Below are positions 13,065 through 25,171 of a DNA stretch of 64,000 nucleotides, one piece after another. Source of the DNA: Curvularia clavata. Taxonomy: Eukaryota. The stretch is from assembly GCA_023920165.1 (NCBI GenBank), contig CP089274.1, forward strand, positions 806,001-870,000, written 5' to 3'. The notes under the pieces were generated by a model. The model ran no database searches and was not told the origin of the DNA. It was given only the letters and a program-made list of their open reading frames with translations. The translations under genes and the position numbers were made by a program. Numbering within the stretch: position 1 is the first letter of the stretch; every line of letters starts with the position of its first letter.

Positions 13065-13902
13065 TCAGAGGAAAAGCAAGAGGACGAGTAGGAGTATCAG
13101 GACAAATATCAGGACACCGATGCAGCAACTGGACCACGAGTCTTGTGGGGAGAAACAGTCAGCATTGCATGTACATATATGGCACACAACATACCTTCGT
13201 TCTTCCTGATGACATAGCCAACCTTCTTGAGGCCTGTCTGGAGTTTACCGCCGACACGGTCTGCCACATTGTCGACGTCGGTAAGCAGCTCGCCCTGCTC
13301 CTCCAGCTCGCGACCCATATCGTCCGCTTGCTGGCGCAGGTTGCCGACGGTACGGAAGACGCCGTCGAGGGCCTCGTCTTGTTCGTGCATCATCTCCATT
13401 TGCCTCTCGTGCTCAAGTGCCGCATAAGTGTCCTCTTCCTCGAAGCTATCAGGATCAGGCAGCATGTCGCCGTTCGCAGTGCTCTTGCCCTTGTTCTTGG
13501 CATGTTGGACTGTCTGCTGAAGCTCGTCGCGCATGTTCTCGATCTCATACCCGACATCCTTGACCAGCTTTCTTCGACGCTCGACTTCGTCGATCTCTAG
13601 TCCAAAACGGTAGGGATCGTTTTCTACGACCTTGACGCTCTCCACCATGTCCTCGAGATCCTGACTGAGATCCTGCAGCGTCTGTTCGAGCTCGCCGCGG
13701 GCTTCCCGGAGCTCGGGGCTGGTGGCCGAGGACGCAGAGGACCGGATGCGTAGATACGATTTGAATAATGGGCGCGCATTTTCGAGCGCAGACAGCACGT
13801 CTCTATGGCAAGTTAGCGACGCTGCCTAGATGGTATCGGAATCAGGGAGCCATCTCACGCTTGAACCTGGAGGAATGGATCCTCGCTATTATGGGACGAC
13901 AT
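13065..13902 (-). CDS. TLG1: Qc t-SNARE, syntaxin-6/Tlg1
   Basis: MSSHNSEDPFLQVQA exon 1; Syntaxin-6 N domain (DLEDMVESVKVVENDPYRFGLE..EVERRR); SNARE motif EQDEALDGV..MGRELEEQ; terminal TM exon WSSCCIGVLIFVLILLLVLLLFL*. Confidence 0.93.
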
Positions 13903-14205
13903 TGTGCTCGTACACGCGGTAACTAGCTGCCACTGGAAGCAGTGATACTAAGGATGCGCAAGATGGGAAACGTCAAGAACAATTGTTGGAGCGTATCGAC
14001 AGTCTGGCCGCTACTAGCCATTGACATGACGCGCGCCAGTACGTACCTACGCACGCCTCGGCACGGACCCACCTTCCCGAAAAAAATACCCCCACATTCA
14101 GCCCAGAACATGACCACCACTATGTCTTCTTGATGGATCGAATACCACCAAAAGCTCGGATACAGAGAGAGTCAACTTCTCGTCCAAGAGAACTTGGCTG
14201 AGACA

Positions 14206-16317
14206 ATGGGACCGGACACCCCTCTCCCGCTTTCGGCCGAATTCACCAACACCGAGGAATACATCGAGTCACTGCTCAACTTTTCAACTTCCTCATGGCT
14301 GCTTCAGACACTGTGCGGAGGTGTCCACATTCTCGACTTTTACACCAGGTCACCTGATCTTTACTCGCACATCTTACCCCAGTCATGGCGGGACTGGTTC
14401 AAGACAAGAGATATCATGGACATCTTGGATTTGCTTATGAGAGAAGACCTGAGTCAATTTGATATGAAAGAAGAAAATGGCTCCAAAGAATGGCGAGGCG
14501 GGTCACCACCGCCAGACGAGCTATTAGAGTACATCAGAACAGTCCGGAAGCATTTGTTGGCGCGGGACTTCCCTCCGCCCAACTCAAATATCGCTACATC
14601 TGAGAAGCCTGCTTTACCACGTCACATTGCCATGGGCATGAAGGTTAAAAAGGTGCACGAAGTTGACAACTTTGCTCGCTACATTGATAGACTGACCTCC
14701 GAGATTGCGGAATCTGGTAAAAAGCCTATCACTCACCTTGTGGACTTCGGTTCGGGCCAGAACTACCTTGGACGCGCTCTTGCTGCAGCGCCCTATTCTA
14801 AGCACATTGTTGCAGTTGAGAGCAAGCAACACAACATTGAGGGTGCCAAGAATATCGATATGTTGGCAAAGTTGGTACCCAAGCCTCTTGTCATGAGGAA
14901 TAAGAAGGAGTACCGAGCAAAATTAGGCATCGTCAAAAAAGGCAAGGCGAATGGGATCAACGGCCCCACCATGTCTTCTGAACCCGATGTTCCGTCAAGC
15001 CCAGAGGCAGCAAATGGCCAGGCAGAGGCTCAACCAAATGAGATGACGTCAAATTCACCCGCCGGGCCAGTGCAAATTAGTTCAACACAAGGCATTGGAA
15101 CACAGTGTGACGAGTGTGTGCTTCCTGAGGTGTCAGAGGCGTCTGCCGAGCGTGCAAGTCCAAGTCAAGCGACCAAGACTTCTACACTACAGATATACAA
15201 CGAAGGTCATGGCAGCGTCCAATACGTTGAACACATCATCAAGGGCGGTGACCTGACACCGGTCATTGACCAAGTTCTAGACACCACTCGTGTACCAGAG
15301 GATGTTGTTACATCGGAAAGTGCGGTAGTTGCTGAGGCTACGAATTTGGACGTGGTGCCCAAACCTAGAGACGTGAATGCTATGGTCATCTCTCTTCATT
15401 CATGTGGTAACCTGGTCCACTACGGGCTCCGATCAATGATGCTCAATTCCCACATATCTGCTGTAGCCATGGTCGGCTGTTGCTATAACCTGCTTACCGA
15501 ACGTCTTGGCCCGCCAACGTACAAGTTGCCCACCATGCGTGCCAACCATCCACGTCTAGAATCCACGTCCAGCGCCTTTGACCCGAACGGCTTCCCAATG
15601 TCGGAGAAGCTCGTCAATTATCCGCTTCCCCATGCCCCCCTTGATTCACGGGATGGCGAGAAAGCTGAGCAACCCAGAGGTGTTCGACTTAACATCACTG
15701 CTCGTATGATGGCCGTACAAGCGCCCTTCAATTGGGGACCGGTCGACTCAGACCTCTTTTTCACACGGCATTTCTTCCGAGCACTACTTCAGCGCATCTT
15801 CCTTGATCGTGGTGTGGTTTCCGCGCCGCTACATGAACAAGGCCTCGTTGGCAGTGCTGTGTCAGCAAACGGCCATACGTCCCAAGTGAACTGGACACCG
15901 CCTAATGGTCGGGGTCCTGGTCTCTCTTCAGACGGTACTACGACACCTCTTACCATTGGTACGCTGCGTAAATTCGCCTACAGCGATTTCGTCTCATACG
16001 TTCGCGCTGCGATAGCAAAGCTTACGGCCGAGAACTCTTTCTGTGAAGTCGACCCAAATTTCATCAAAGAAAAGATGGACGGGTTGACCGATGATGACAT
16101 TAGGGACTATGAGGTTAAGTATGCGGAGAGGAAGAAGGAGCTGAGTGTTATGTGGAGCTTGATGGCCTTCAGCGCTGGTGTAGTCGAAGCTGTCGTAGTC
16201 ACGGATCGATACTTGTGGCTAAAAGAGCAGGAAGAGGTAGAACATGCATGGGTCGAGCCTGTCTTTGAGTATAAACACAGTCCGCGCAATCTGGTCGTAG
16301 TGGGCATCAAAAAGTAG
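14206..16317 (+). CDS. SAM-dependent methyltransferase, METTL25/RRNAD1 (Methyltransf_32)-like
   Basis: Long single ORF with KKVHEV, VDFGSGQNYLG, SLHSCGNL, VGCCYNL and terminal SPRNLVVVG. Confidence 0.85.
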   Translation: MGPDTPLPLSAEFTNTEEYIESLLNFSTSSWLLQTLCGGVHILDFYTRSPDLYSHILPQSWRDWFKTRDIMDILDLLMREDLSQFDMKEENGSKEWRGGSPPPDELLEYIRTVRKHLLARDFPPPNSNIATSEKPALPRHIAMGMKVKKVHEVDNFARYIDRLTSEIAESGKKPITHLVDFGSGQNYLGRALAAAPYSKHIVAVESKQHNIEGAKNIDMLAKLVPKPLVMRNKKEYRAKLGIVKKGKANGINGPTMSSEPDVPSSPEAANGQAEAQPNEMTSNSPAGPVQISSTQGIGTQCDECVLPEVSEASAERASPSQATKTSTLQIYNEGHGSVQYVEHIIKGGDLTPVIDQVLDTTRVPEDVVTSESAVVAEATNLDVVPKPRDVNAMVISLHSCGNLVHYGLRSMMLNSHISAVAMVGCCYNLLTERLGPPTYKLPTMRANHPRLESTSSAFDPNGFPMSEKLVNYPLPHAPLDSRDGEKAEQPRGVRLNITARMMAVQAPFNWGPVDSDLFFTRHFFRALLQRIFLDRGVVSAPLHEQGLVGSAVSANGHTSQVNWTPPNGRGPGLSSDGTTTPLTIGTLRKFAYSDFVSYVRAAIAKLTAENSFCEVDPNFIKEKMDGLTDDDIRDYEVKYAERKKELSVMWSLMAFSAGVVEAVVVTDRYLWLKEQEEVEHAWVEPVFEYKHSPRNLVVVGIKK

Positions 16318-17507
16318 ACTATCGTGTATTTGCCCTGCTGAGGCTGGAGGCGCCAGGTGTCACCAAGAAGTCGAGCATGTACTGCGCTTTTTTCAATTCA
16401 TGCGTATCCATATAATATGATGCAAGATCTCAACTAGCAGTCAAATACCCTTGTACATGTCAACCAGTACGTCATTGCAAGGCGTCCAAGCCAGCCGGAC
16501 CAAACGGCCCATAAGACCCCGCAGTGGAGTTTGGGCATGCCATCACTACTCCTGCATCTAGGCCTAGGTGTACGATGACCAGCAGGTCCATCAACTGCGG
16601 CTGTGTGGCACCGAGGCAACCGAGGCGTCCAGCCGTCTTGGCTGGCCACAAGTCAATGCACAGGTCGGCTCGTGACGGATTCTTGGCACATGAGGCGCTT
16701 CAGCTGAAGTGTGTCGCTCGAGAACGCGCTCAATCTGAACAACGACGCCTTAGTATCTCAATACAGAAGATCTCAGAGATGATCAGCAACGAACAGATCT
16801 TCAGATAAATAAAAGATAACAAGCACCGAATAACAGATCGAAAGATGTAGTAAGGAACAGGACCCTGCAACAAAAGGCATGATGGCCACGCGATTCAGCC
16901 GTGACCGGAAAATACACTGCTTCGCTTGTACCTACCGCTGAATGTGGCCCGCCCCCACTTCTACCCTAACATGGCCCAACCACATTGTACCGATATGGCA
17001 CAATGTCGTTACTGTGCCTCTCTAGCCACAGGCGCCATTCCTATCACAGGCGTGCAACCTGAGCGGATCCTGCACAGTTGCCTAGCTGCCAAGGTCGGCT
17101 TGCAGCGTGGCAGACGTACAGATATGTGAAGGCTGTCGGGTAGCGGCAGTATGATTCACTCCGGCTGAGCAAGGCTATGCGGTGTTAAAACACCCAGGGC
17201 TCCCTGCATATCTGCGCGGTGCTTTAACTAGTCTACTGACCTCTTCCCTTTTTTGTGGGAAGTAGAGTTACACTCACACGGTGCCGAAGACTTGAGGACC
17301 TGAGCAGACTCTAAGTCTTGTAGGGTGGAGTTGGAGAAGATCGCTAAAAAGATACAACAAACGATCGCGTTCAGGCTGGGTTCGTCGAAGACAAGTGCCT
17401 TTGAAGCTACAAGACAAAGGCTGGCTTTGTTGGCTATCGGCAGCTGATTTATATTTCTGTTCAAACCCCGACAACACCGTTCCACATTGGGAATTCATTT
17501 GGCCATC

Positions 17508-19847
17508 ATGAAATCACTCGCAGCGTTCGCTGTGCTCACGGCAGTCGTCACCGCTCAGACAAGCACCTTTGATTTTGGCAACACAGAATCGTTCGTACTC
17601 GAACCAACAGAAGAACCAACACCCACGTCAATCCAAAACATCGAAGTAGAACCCAGCCCAGTCGAACCCATCTCAGGACCGATTGAGACCGACAGAGCTT
17701 GTGGACAAATAGCAGAGGCTATTTCGGATAGCCGCTCAGATCTTCCAGCGGTAGACGCTGACCTTGCATTTGCATGCTTAAAGTCTCTGCCTTTTTACAG
17801 AGCAGATGCGTCCGCTACGGTTGATGAAATCAAGAAAATCTCACAGTTCCAGTCCACACTGGCGTATCTAAAAGACCCACCCGAAGGATACCCAAACCCC
17901 GCTGTCGACATCATAGCCGAGCTGGACAACCTCAAGAGCAATGTTGATGCGGGACAATATGACAATGAGTTCGACTTCGAATCCGACATCGCAGCCTTAA
18001 TGACCAAAGCGCGCGATGGGCACTTAGGGTGGAACGGCATGGCGTATGCAGGAGTTTTTGCGTGGAGAAGAAGCAGTAACATTGGGCTCATCTCTGCCTC
18101 TACAGATGGCAGCCAAGCACCCCAAATCTGGGCACAAAAAGACTTCCGCGACTCGAACGGTAACTACGAGCCTTCTCCCGTTACACAGGTTAATGGAAAG
18201 GATGTATTTGAGTTTTTGAACGAAGAGGCGGACCAGCTGTCGTATCATGATCCGGATACAAGATACAATGCCATGCTGCTCATGCCAGCAGCAGAGAGCT
18301 ACGGAACTTTCATCAGCCCGCCTTTCTTCCCAGGTGCGACTACCAATATCACCTACCAGAACGGAACAACGGATCAATACAGAAACATGGCTATTGTTGT
18401 AGATCCCGATGCCTGGAGAAACGTCGAAGATGCGGATTCGTTCTATAGGGTTTTCTGTATCCCTAACGAAAACTCTATTTCCGGAATGAAAAGACGGGAC
18501 ATGAATGATCCCCCTTTTCAGCTCAAGAACCCGCGCGACCGAGACTTCAAATCTGCAGACACCCAGCAACAAGGCTCTGTGCCTCTATTCTACCCAAAAC
18601 CCAGCATTGCTCACTCATCAGACATAGTGCCTCTGGCTGGTTACTTCATCGACACCGATGTGGGCCAGGTCGGCGTCTTGGTTGTGCAAACATTCAACAC
18701 CAGGGACGTTGAAGGCGCCCAAGAGTTCCAAAGCATCATTGAACAGTATATTTCGCAAGCCAAGTCCCGCGGCGTGGAGAAGCACATTATCGATGTGCGC
18801 AGCAATCCAGGTGGCAAGGTGCTTTCGGGGTACGACATGTTTCTCCAATTCTTCCCATCGAAGGTCCCTCAGACGCAATCGCGATATCGCGGGCACCAAG
18901 CCAGCGAACTGCTCGGAGAAAGCATTTCCAGCTACGAGCAAATCACTCTCCGCAACGGACAACTGTTCACCAGCCCCTTCAGCAACGACGCATACCTCAA
19001 CGCTGACCTGCAAGAATTCCCAGACTGGAATGCCATGTACCCACCCGAGCGCTTCAAAGGTGACAACTTTACCGCCCTCCTCAAATACAATCTCTCAGAT
19101 CCCCTGACAACAAGCAACCCCCGGCTTGCCGTCGGCATCACAGTAACGGGATACGGCGATCGCAGCGACTTCAATGAGGACCCTTTTCGCGCAGAGGACA
19201 TTGTCATCCTCTCCGACGGCATCTGCGCCTCCACCTGCTCCATCTTCCTCGAACTCATGGTCCAGCAAGCAGGCGTGCGCACCATCGCTGTAGGTGGCCG
19301 CCCCCAGCTCGGCCCCATGGTACCCGTCGGTGGCACAAAAGGCACTTTAGTCCTGCCTTCCGTCTACATGGAAGCCTTCTCCGTCTACGTCGCTGCTCGC
19401 TTCGCTGACTCGCGATCTGAAATCGCGCAATGGGCGACGTTTTTACCCGTGCCAGCGCCCATCGCCGTGCTAGATGCCGGCGTCAATTTCCAGGATAATA
19501 TTCGTACGGGACTGGAGGATGCGGGTGTCCCGACGCAGTTTCTCAATGATACGGCGAGCTGTAGGGTGTGGTATGAGGCGCAGGATTATCTGAATGTGAC
19601 GAGTTTGTGGGACAAGACAGCGAGGGTTGCGTTTGGGAATGGGGGTGCGCTGGATGAGAGTAGGTGTGTGGCGGGTAGTGTGACGAGTAGGGAGCAGCAG
19701 ACAGGGAGGGGAGATGCGAATCCGTCTGCAAGTGGAGATGGTAGCAGGAAAAGCGATGATAAGGATGCGGCGAGTGGGTTGAGGGTCGCTTGGACGACTA
19801 TGGTTGTTTGTGCGAGCGCTGTGACGTTGAGTTTGATGTTGACATAG
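17508..19847 (+). CDS. Secreted peptidase S41-family protein, probably GPI-anchored
   Basis: Signal peptide MKSLAAFAVLTAVVTA; QFQSTLAYLKDPP, DGHL, IIDVRSNPGG, ILSDGICASTCSIF, VGGRP..GGTKG; S/G/D linker and hydrophobic C-terminus. Confidence 0.88.
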   Translation: MKSLAAFAVLTAVVTAQTSTFDFGNTESFVLEPTEEPTPTSIQNIEVEPSPVEPISGPIETDRACGQIAEAISDSRSDLPAVDADLAFACLKSLPFYRADASATVDEIKKISQFQSTLAYLKDPPEGYPNPAVDIIAELDNLKSNVDAGQYDNEFDFESDIAALMTKARDGHLGWNGMAYAGVFAWRRSSNIGLISASTDGSQAPQIWAQKDFRDSNGNYEPSPVTQVNGKDVFEFLNEEADQLSYHDPDTRYNAMLLMPAAESYGTFISPPFFPGATTNITYQNGTTDQYRNMAIVVDPDAWRNVEDADSFYRVFCIPNENSISGMKRRDMNDPPFQLKNPRDRDFKSADTQQQGSVPLFYPKPSIAHSSDIVPLAGYFIDTDVGQVGVLVVQTFNTRDVEGAQEFQSIIEQYISQAKSRGVEKHIIDVRSNPGGKVLSGYDMFLQFFPSKVPQTQSRYRGHQASELLGESISSYEQITLRNGQLFTSPFSNDAYLNADLQEFPDWNAMYPPERFKGDNFTALLKYNLSDPLTTSNPRLAVGITVTGYGDRSDFNEDPFRAEDIVILSDGICASTCSIFLELMVQQAGVRTIAVGGRPQLGPMVPVGGTKGTLVLPSVYMEAFSVYVAARFADSRSEIAQWATFLPVPAPIAVLDAGVNFQDNIRTGLEDAGVPTQFLNDTASCRVWYEAQDYLNVTSLWDKTARVAFGNGGALDESRCVAGSVTSREQQTGRGDANPSASGDGSRKSDDKDAASGLRVAWTTMVVCASAVTLSLMLT

Positions 19848-20022
19848 ATGATGCATGATGGTTACGATCTTCTTCGAGTAAATACGATATTATTTTCTAT
19901 TCTGGCCCTGGTTTGTCAATTTCGAAATCGACTCAGTTTTGTCTCAAAAATCGCAAGCTAGCATTGAACCCATTAACTAAATATACACATAGAAAGCCCC
20001 CTTGCAAAGCGTCTAGTTTTTC

Positions 20023-20920
20023 TCATCCCTTCAATTCACCAAACCCCATCCTTCCGCCCTCCCAATCAAACACCACATCCCTCCCTCGCACCGCCGCCCA
20101 TCCCAGCTCAACATCATGCTCGCTACCCTCCTTCGCCTCCCTAACCAAAAGAAGACACTCGTCTCCCCTCTGTAGCACATACTGCTCCGGCGTAACCACA
20201 AACTCCTCTTTCGCCTCTTCATCTTCTTCGTCGACAAGCACTCCCAACACCAAATCAGGAAACCTGCCCATTGCACCACAATCAACCCTCAACACGCCCT
20301 CGTCTTCCGCCACCGTTGCCTTGACCGGCGCCGTAGCCAAAACAACCACATCCCATAGCCCCTTTGGCACCGCAATAAACGGCGTGCCTAGATCTAACAC
20401 CGCAGCCTCAGCGTCCATGCTCAGCATGCCGCCTTTGCGGATCCCGGCGTCGAGCAAGGGCATGTGGCGCATGGCTGCGTCCCAGGGGTCCTGCGGCACC
20501 CATGTGAGGCGCGTGGCTGGCGGATTGGAGCTGGCGGGCGAGAAAGAGACGGTAGCGGGCTGAGAGACGGAAAGAGGGATAGACACAGTAATGGTGGAGT
20601 GCGAGTGGTGGGTGGCGTGGATGGCGGAGGTGGATTGGAGGCGGTGCAGGGGGGTGGCGTGGTGGTGGTGACGGTGGGGGTTCGGGGAGGGGAAGGTGTA
20701 GGATAGGTCTTCGTTTAGCTATTTTTAAAAGTGTTAGATGCGTAGACTGGGGAGTCTATGGGGGATGGGGGCGTACGCTGAGGGGGAGGACGGTGGTGTC
20801 AGATGGGATAATTGGTAGAGAGCCTGGTGCGAGGGGCCTCTGTTGCTGGAGTGAGGGGTCGAGATAGGTCGCATGACATGACAGGATTGGGAGCGATAGA
20901 AGAAGCAGATTGTTGAACAT
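20023..20920 (-). CDS. Secreted truncated (single-lobe) pepsin-like aspartic peptidase-fold protein, 279 aa
   Basis: Exon 1 20777-20920 (signal peptide MFNNLLLLSLPILSCHA), intron 20719-20776. Exon 2 has AVLDLGTPFIAVP, VDCG..FPDL, FVVTPEQYV, C, LGWAAVRGRDVVFDWEGGRMGF, matching the C-lobe of A1 peptidases. Confidence 0.75.
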
Positions 20921-23263
20921 CTTGAGCCGAGTGGAGTTTGGATGGTAGTTGAAAAATTGTGTCAAGTCTCGATACACAAGCTGGTGAGTCTCCTCCTCTT
21001 TATCTTCTATATCCCTGCGCAGTTTCCTTCTCTTTATCGACTGATTTGCCTCACTTGCAACTACGCCGCAATTCGCATCATTTCGCAATGTAAAGGGCCG
21101 AAGGATGGCTTGTTGATCAATTGCTATGTATTTTGGGGAACGCCGCAGAAGTGCGGCTGTTAGTGGTGGTGATGTGATCAGCTTGGGTGGTGGCGCCTGT
21201 AGTTCATCTGTGGTTCGTCGGCTGCGATTATGCGACTAGGGTGTGCGCATGTGGCGCGGTTGTTGCAGTGGAGGCATACAGGCATTTGAGACACTAGCCC
21301 TGCGCCTCGAAGATACAAAGGACTGTGGTCTATTCCTTTGCGCGGCTGTTAGTAATTATGGATAGCAGCGGGTGGCATGGAGCCGCGGAGAGTATTGTTC
21401 AGGTATAGGCAGACACGGTTAGTGTGGGACTCTCGATTTAGATCAGCCAGGCGGGTGGCTGCCGGCGTCACGCGCAAATAGCGACCTTGCATACTACTAT
21501 TTTTCATGCTTGAAATGTGTAAGAGTATCAGAGTGTTTAGGCTACGGGTCCGCTTGCTGTGTCGATTAAAAGATCCTGCCCATCATCAGCCCCTTCTTGT
21601 CAGCGTCACGTGCATAACCCGACGATCTACACAAGGGCTTCCCGGCACTAGAAGTGACAAGTCGTCCTGTGCACATTAGATCCTCGTACTCTAATAAACT
21701 TTGCGGTCTCTTTCGAGTAAGCAGAGTACGTTTGCCCATTGACCCAACGGCAGCTCGTTGAATCTAGCTTGTCAGAGGAACCCTGTTTTTGCTGCTGCAA
21801 TACAAATGGCGCACGAACACGTCTGTGAGCGGGATCGTTGTGCAGTAGCGACAGCGGCTGGTCGAGTGCGCGATCGAGTGAATTGACTGGGCTGAATCCA
21901 GAGCGCATAAGTCACGATCTCGGCGCGTTAAGGTTGGCATGTCAATGGTAACGACAAGTGCTGACAAGACAAAGCAAAGCAAAGCGGGAAGAGCCTGTCG
22001 AAGAAACTCGACGAGATATGTAGGCGATGTTGGGAAACTTGGTCGCTGCACACTCAACAGCGTACGACTGTTTAGCTGCGTCCGTGTTCTGCATATGAAA
22101 AAAAAAACGAAGAGACGGGGAGGAGAAGAAGCTTTGTAAAAGAAAGTATGTCATAACAGGACTGTGCTCATGTACCACCTAGGTTCAGGGATGCAGTTTC
22201 GCATCTAGTGTCAGGCGGCGGTCAGTCTCAGAACGCTAGGTCATGCTTGATGCGATTTGCTCAGAAGAGTAGGTTGCAACGGTGAGATTGTTCCATGGAA
22301 GATAGACCATCAACAAGGCGTGAGGTTGGTAGCGTTCACGTGGACGACATACCTAGCGGGAGATGCTAGTCGGGCGGAACATCTCCACTGCCGCCGTTGC
22401 TAGCCAGCCCCAGCCTCAACCCCAGACCCAACACCTGCCACCCAGGCTTGTGTACATACCGTCTACCGCCAACCTCGAATCCATATGTCGTCATCCCGTG
22501 GACCGTGTCTGTTGATGCACCGGTTGCTTTCCTTTTGTCGGCCGGGCTGAGATTCGGATCTCCCACAAGCCGCAGCCAACAGCAACGACCGAGCGGTACG
22601 ATGGCCCAGTTGTTGCTTTGCTGCACCCCGCGAGGGTAAAAGCACACAGAGGGCATGCCGCAGTAATTATGCCGTCAGCACCCCTATTCCATGGTCGAGC
22701 CTGCCCATGGCACCAAATTCCCCGATGGGCAGTGTTGGCAGTCGATGCCGTGCCTGTCTGTAGTCGCCAACACGGTCATTGCTTCCAACACCAGCAAACT
22801 TGCCCACGGCTTGGAGTTTCTCAACGAGGCTGTGTCTGGCGGAACGGCAGCGGACGCGCAATTGAATTGTGATTAGAGGCTCGTCGAGGGCCTGCTCCTG
22901 CCACTCATCGGTGCCGTTGCCCCTGACCAAGGCTCGGCATCTTTTTGCTAATTCGAGGCTATGGACTTGGCTGCTTGGTATCCGCCATTCCTGCCGGTGC
23001 GCCAACACTTCTCGACTTGGCGCGCATCAGCACCAGACAAACTACGGGATTGGCAGGTTCCACATGTAGCACTCGGGGGATACCAAGAAATTGGGGGTGT
23101 TGCTCCTGCTTCAAATACTTTTGCCATCCCGGCTCCTCCTTCTGCGCCTCAATGCTCTTTGTGTGAGGATCTCTTTTCCTACTTACCAGTCACTCGTTAG
23201 ACTTCCAACTGCCCTCTTATACTACTTTTTGTTTTAATCCAATCTCCTTCTCAGTCGCTCGTC

Positions 23264-24651
23264 ATGAAGTCCGCTCTTCTCATCTCCCTTATGGGAGCCG
23301 CCGTTGCTCCTGCACTCGCAGCAAAAGGAAACCTGGCTCCCGTCACCGTCAAGGGCAACGCCTTTTTCGCCGGCGGCAAGCGCTTCTACGTCCGTGGTGT
23401 CGCTTACCAGCCAGGTATGTGGTTGTAGTACAGAATGACAATTCCAACCATACTCATATGTATACAGGTGGTGCCTCTGATGCTGCCGATCCTCTACTTG
23501 ACATCACGAGCCTCAAGCGTGATGTCGAGAACTTCAAGAAGCTCGGCATCAACACGATTCGTATCTACACGATCGACAACTCCCAGAACCACGACGAGGG
23601 CATGAAACTGCTCGACGACGCTGGTATCTACCTGGCCCTTGATGCCAACACTCCCAAGTACTCGCTGAACCGCGAGAACGCCGACACTCTGCACACCTCG
23701 TACAACGATGTGTACCTGCAGTCTGTGTTTGCCACCATTGACGCCTTTGCTGAGTACAACAACCTGATGGTCTTCTTTTCCGGAAACGAGGTCATCAACG
23801 CAAAGAACAACTCGAATGCTGCGCCCTATATCAAGGCCGTCACCCGTGACATGAAGCAGTACATCTCCAACCGCCACGAGCGCGTCATCCCTGTCGGATA
23901 CTCGGCCGCCGATGTCTCGGAGAACATTGAACAGCAGGCTCTGTACTTCAATTGCGGTACCGACGACGAGCGCTCCGACTTTTTCGCCTTCAACGACTAC
24001 TCGTGGTGCGACCCTTCTTCGTTCACCAAGTCCGGCTGGGACAAGAAGGTCCAGACCTACAAGGACTACAGCAAGCCCATCTTCCTGTCCGAGTTTGGTT
24101 GCATTACCAACACCCGCAACTGGGGCGAGATTGCCGCTCTGTACTCGAAGAACATGACTGGTGTCTACTCTGGTGGTCTCGCCTACGAGTACACTGTCGA
24201 ACCCAACGGCTACGGTCTTGTCGAGGTCGGCTCTAACGGCGACATCACGCCCAACGCTGACTTTGACCGTCTTGCCAAGGCCCTCAAGAACACCCCCAAC
24301 CCATCCGACGACGGCGGCTTCAAGGAGAACGGCAAGGCTTCGGAGTGCCCTGCTGAGTCTGACAACTGGCAAGTCGAGGGTACCGCTCTTCCAGCGATCC
24401 CCAAGAAGGCCGCTGCCTTCATGGACAAGGGTGCCGGCAGTGGACCTGGTCTCAAGGGTGATGGCTCCCACTTTGCTGGTGAGCCCAGCGAGTCCGAGGC
24501 CACGCCTGGATCTGGAGCTCCTACTCGCTCTCCTACCCCCGGCGCCACTGGTGCTGCTGGCCAGGGTGCTGCCGCTGGTCTCGATGTGCCTCTCCGCTTC
24601 GTGGGCATGGTTGCTGCGAGCACTCTCTTTGGTGCTCTGCTTCTGTTTTAG
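23264..24651 (+). CDS. GH72 1,3-beta-glucanosyltransferase (Gel/Gas family, no X8 domain), GPI-anchored
   Basis: Signal peptide; RFYVRGVAYQPGG across intron 23415-23467; NTIRIY, FSGNEV (acid/base), PVGYSAAD, YSWC, FLSEFGC (nucleophile), SGGLAYEY; hydrophobic GPI tail. Confidence 0.96.
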
Positions 24652-24972
24652 ATGGAATGATTCGGAGTGTATGCAGCTTGGGATTGGTGAGCTGTAAGCG
24701 TGTCCATCATCAAGCTGTACAGATTTGGTAGTTTTCCCATTTGTCACCGGAGTTTCTTTGGCAGCCCATAGCTCGGCATAGCATTTATCTGCAGGCGTAT
24801 GGCCTTTTTTTTTTGTTGTGTAGTAATTCATCACACATGACTTGCTTTGCTGTTCAGTGCACTGAGATGTGTGAAGCTTCCCCTCTGCATGATGTCATTT
24901 TGAGTGCCAGGGTATGCGTAAGTTTGCTGTTAAACCCAGTGTCGATGATATTAGCGTATGTGTTCTTGTGTA

Positions 24973-25171
24973 CAGTGCTTAGCGGATGTGGCTTCCCCTC
25001 GCATGCAATTGCAACAACATCTGCGCCATACAGATTGAGTCTAGCGTTAGCCTATCAGTGCACCTGCAGCTGACAGGGAATACAGAGTATTAGTATGTCA
25101 TGTCATAAAGCAAAGCGTTTACCTATAAACATATCGAGGCCTGGCTGGCGAGACTTTGTCCCCAGCCAAAG
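24973..25171 (+). repeat. Left arm of degenerate long inverted repeat
   Basis: 24971-25030 vs 32685-32744: 47/60 identical as reverse complement. 25038-25107 vs 32579-32648: 49/70 identical, ungapped. Weaker gapped match to ~25171. Confidence 0.85.

Noticed and set aside
23494..24834. 446-aa antisense ORF over the GH72 gene
   Set aside because: Shadow ORF from strong C-ending codon bias of a highly expressed gene; no recognisable motifs.
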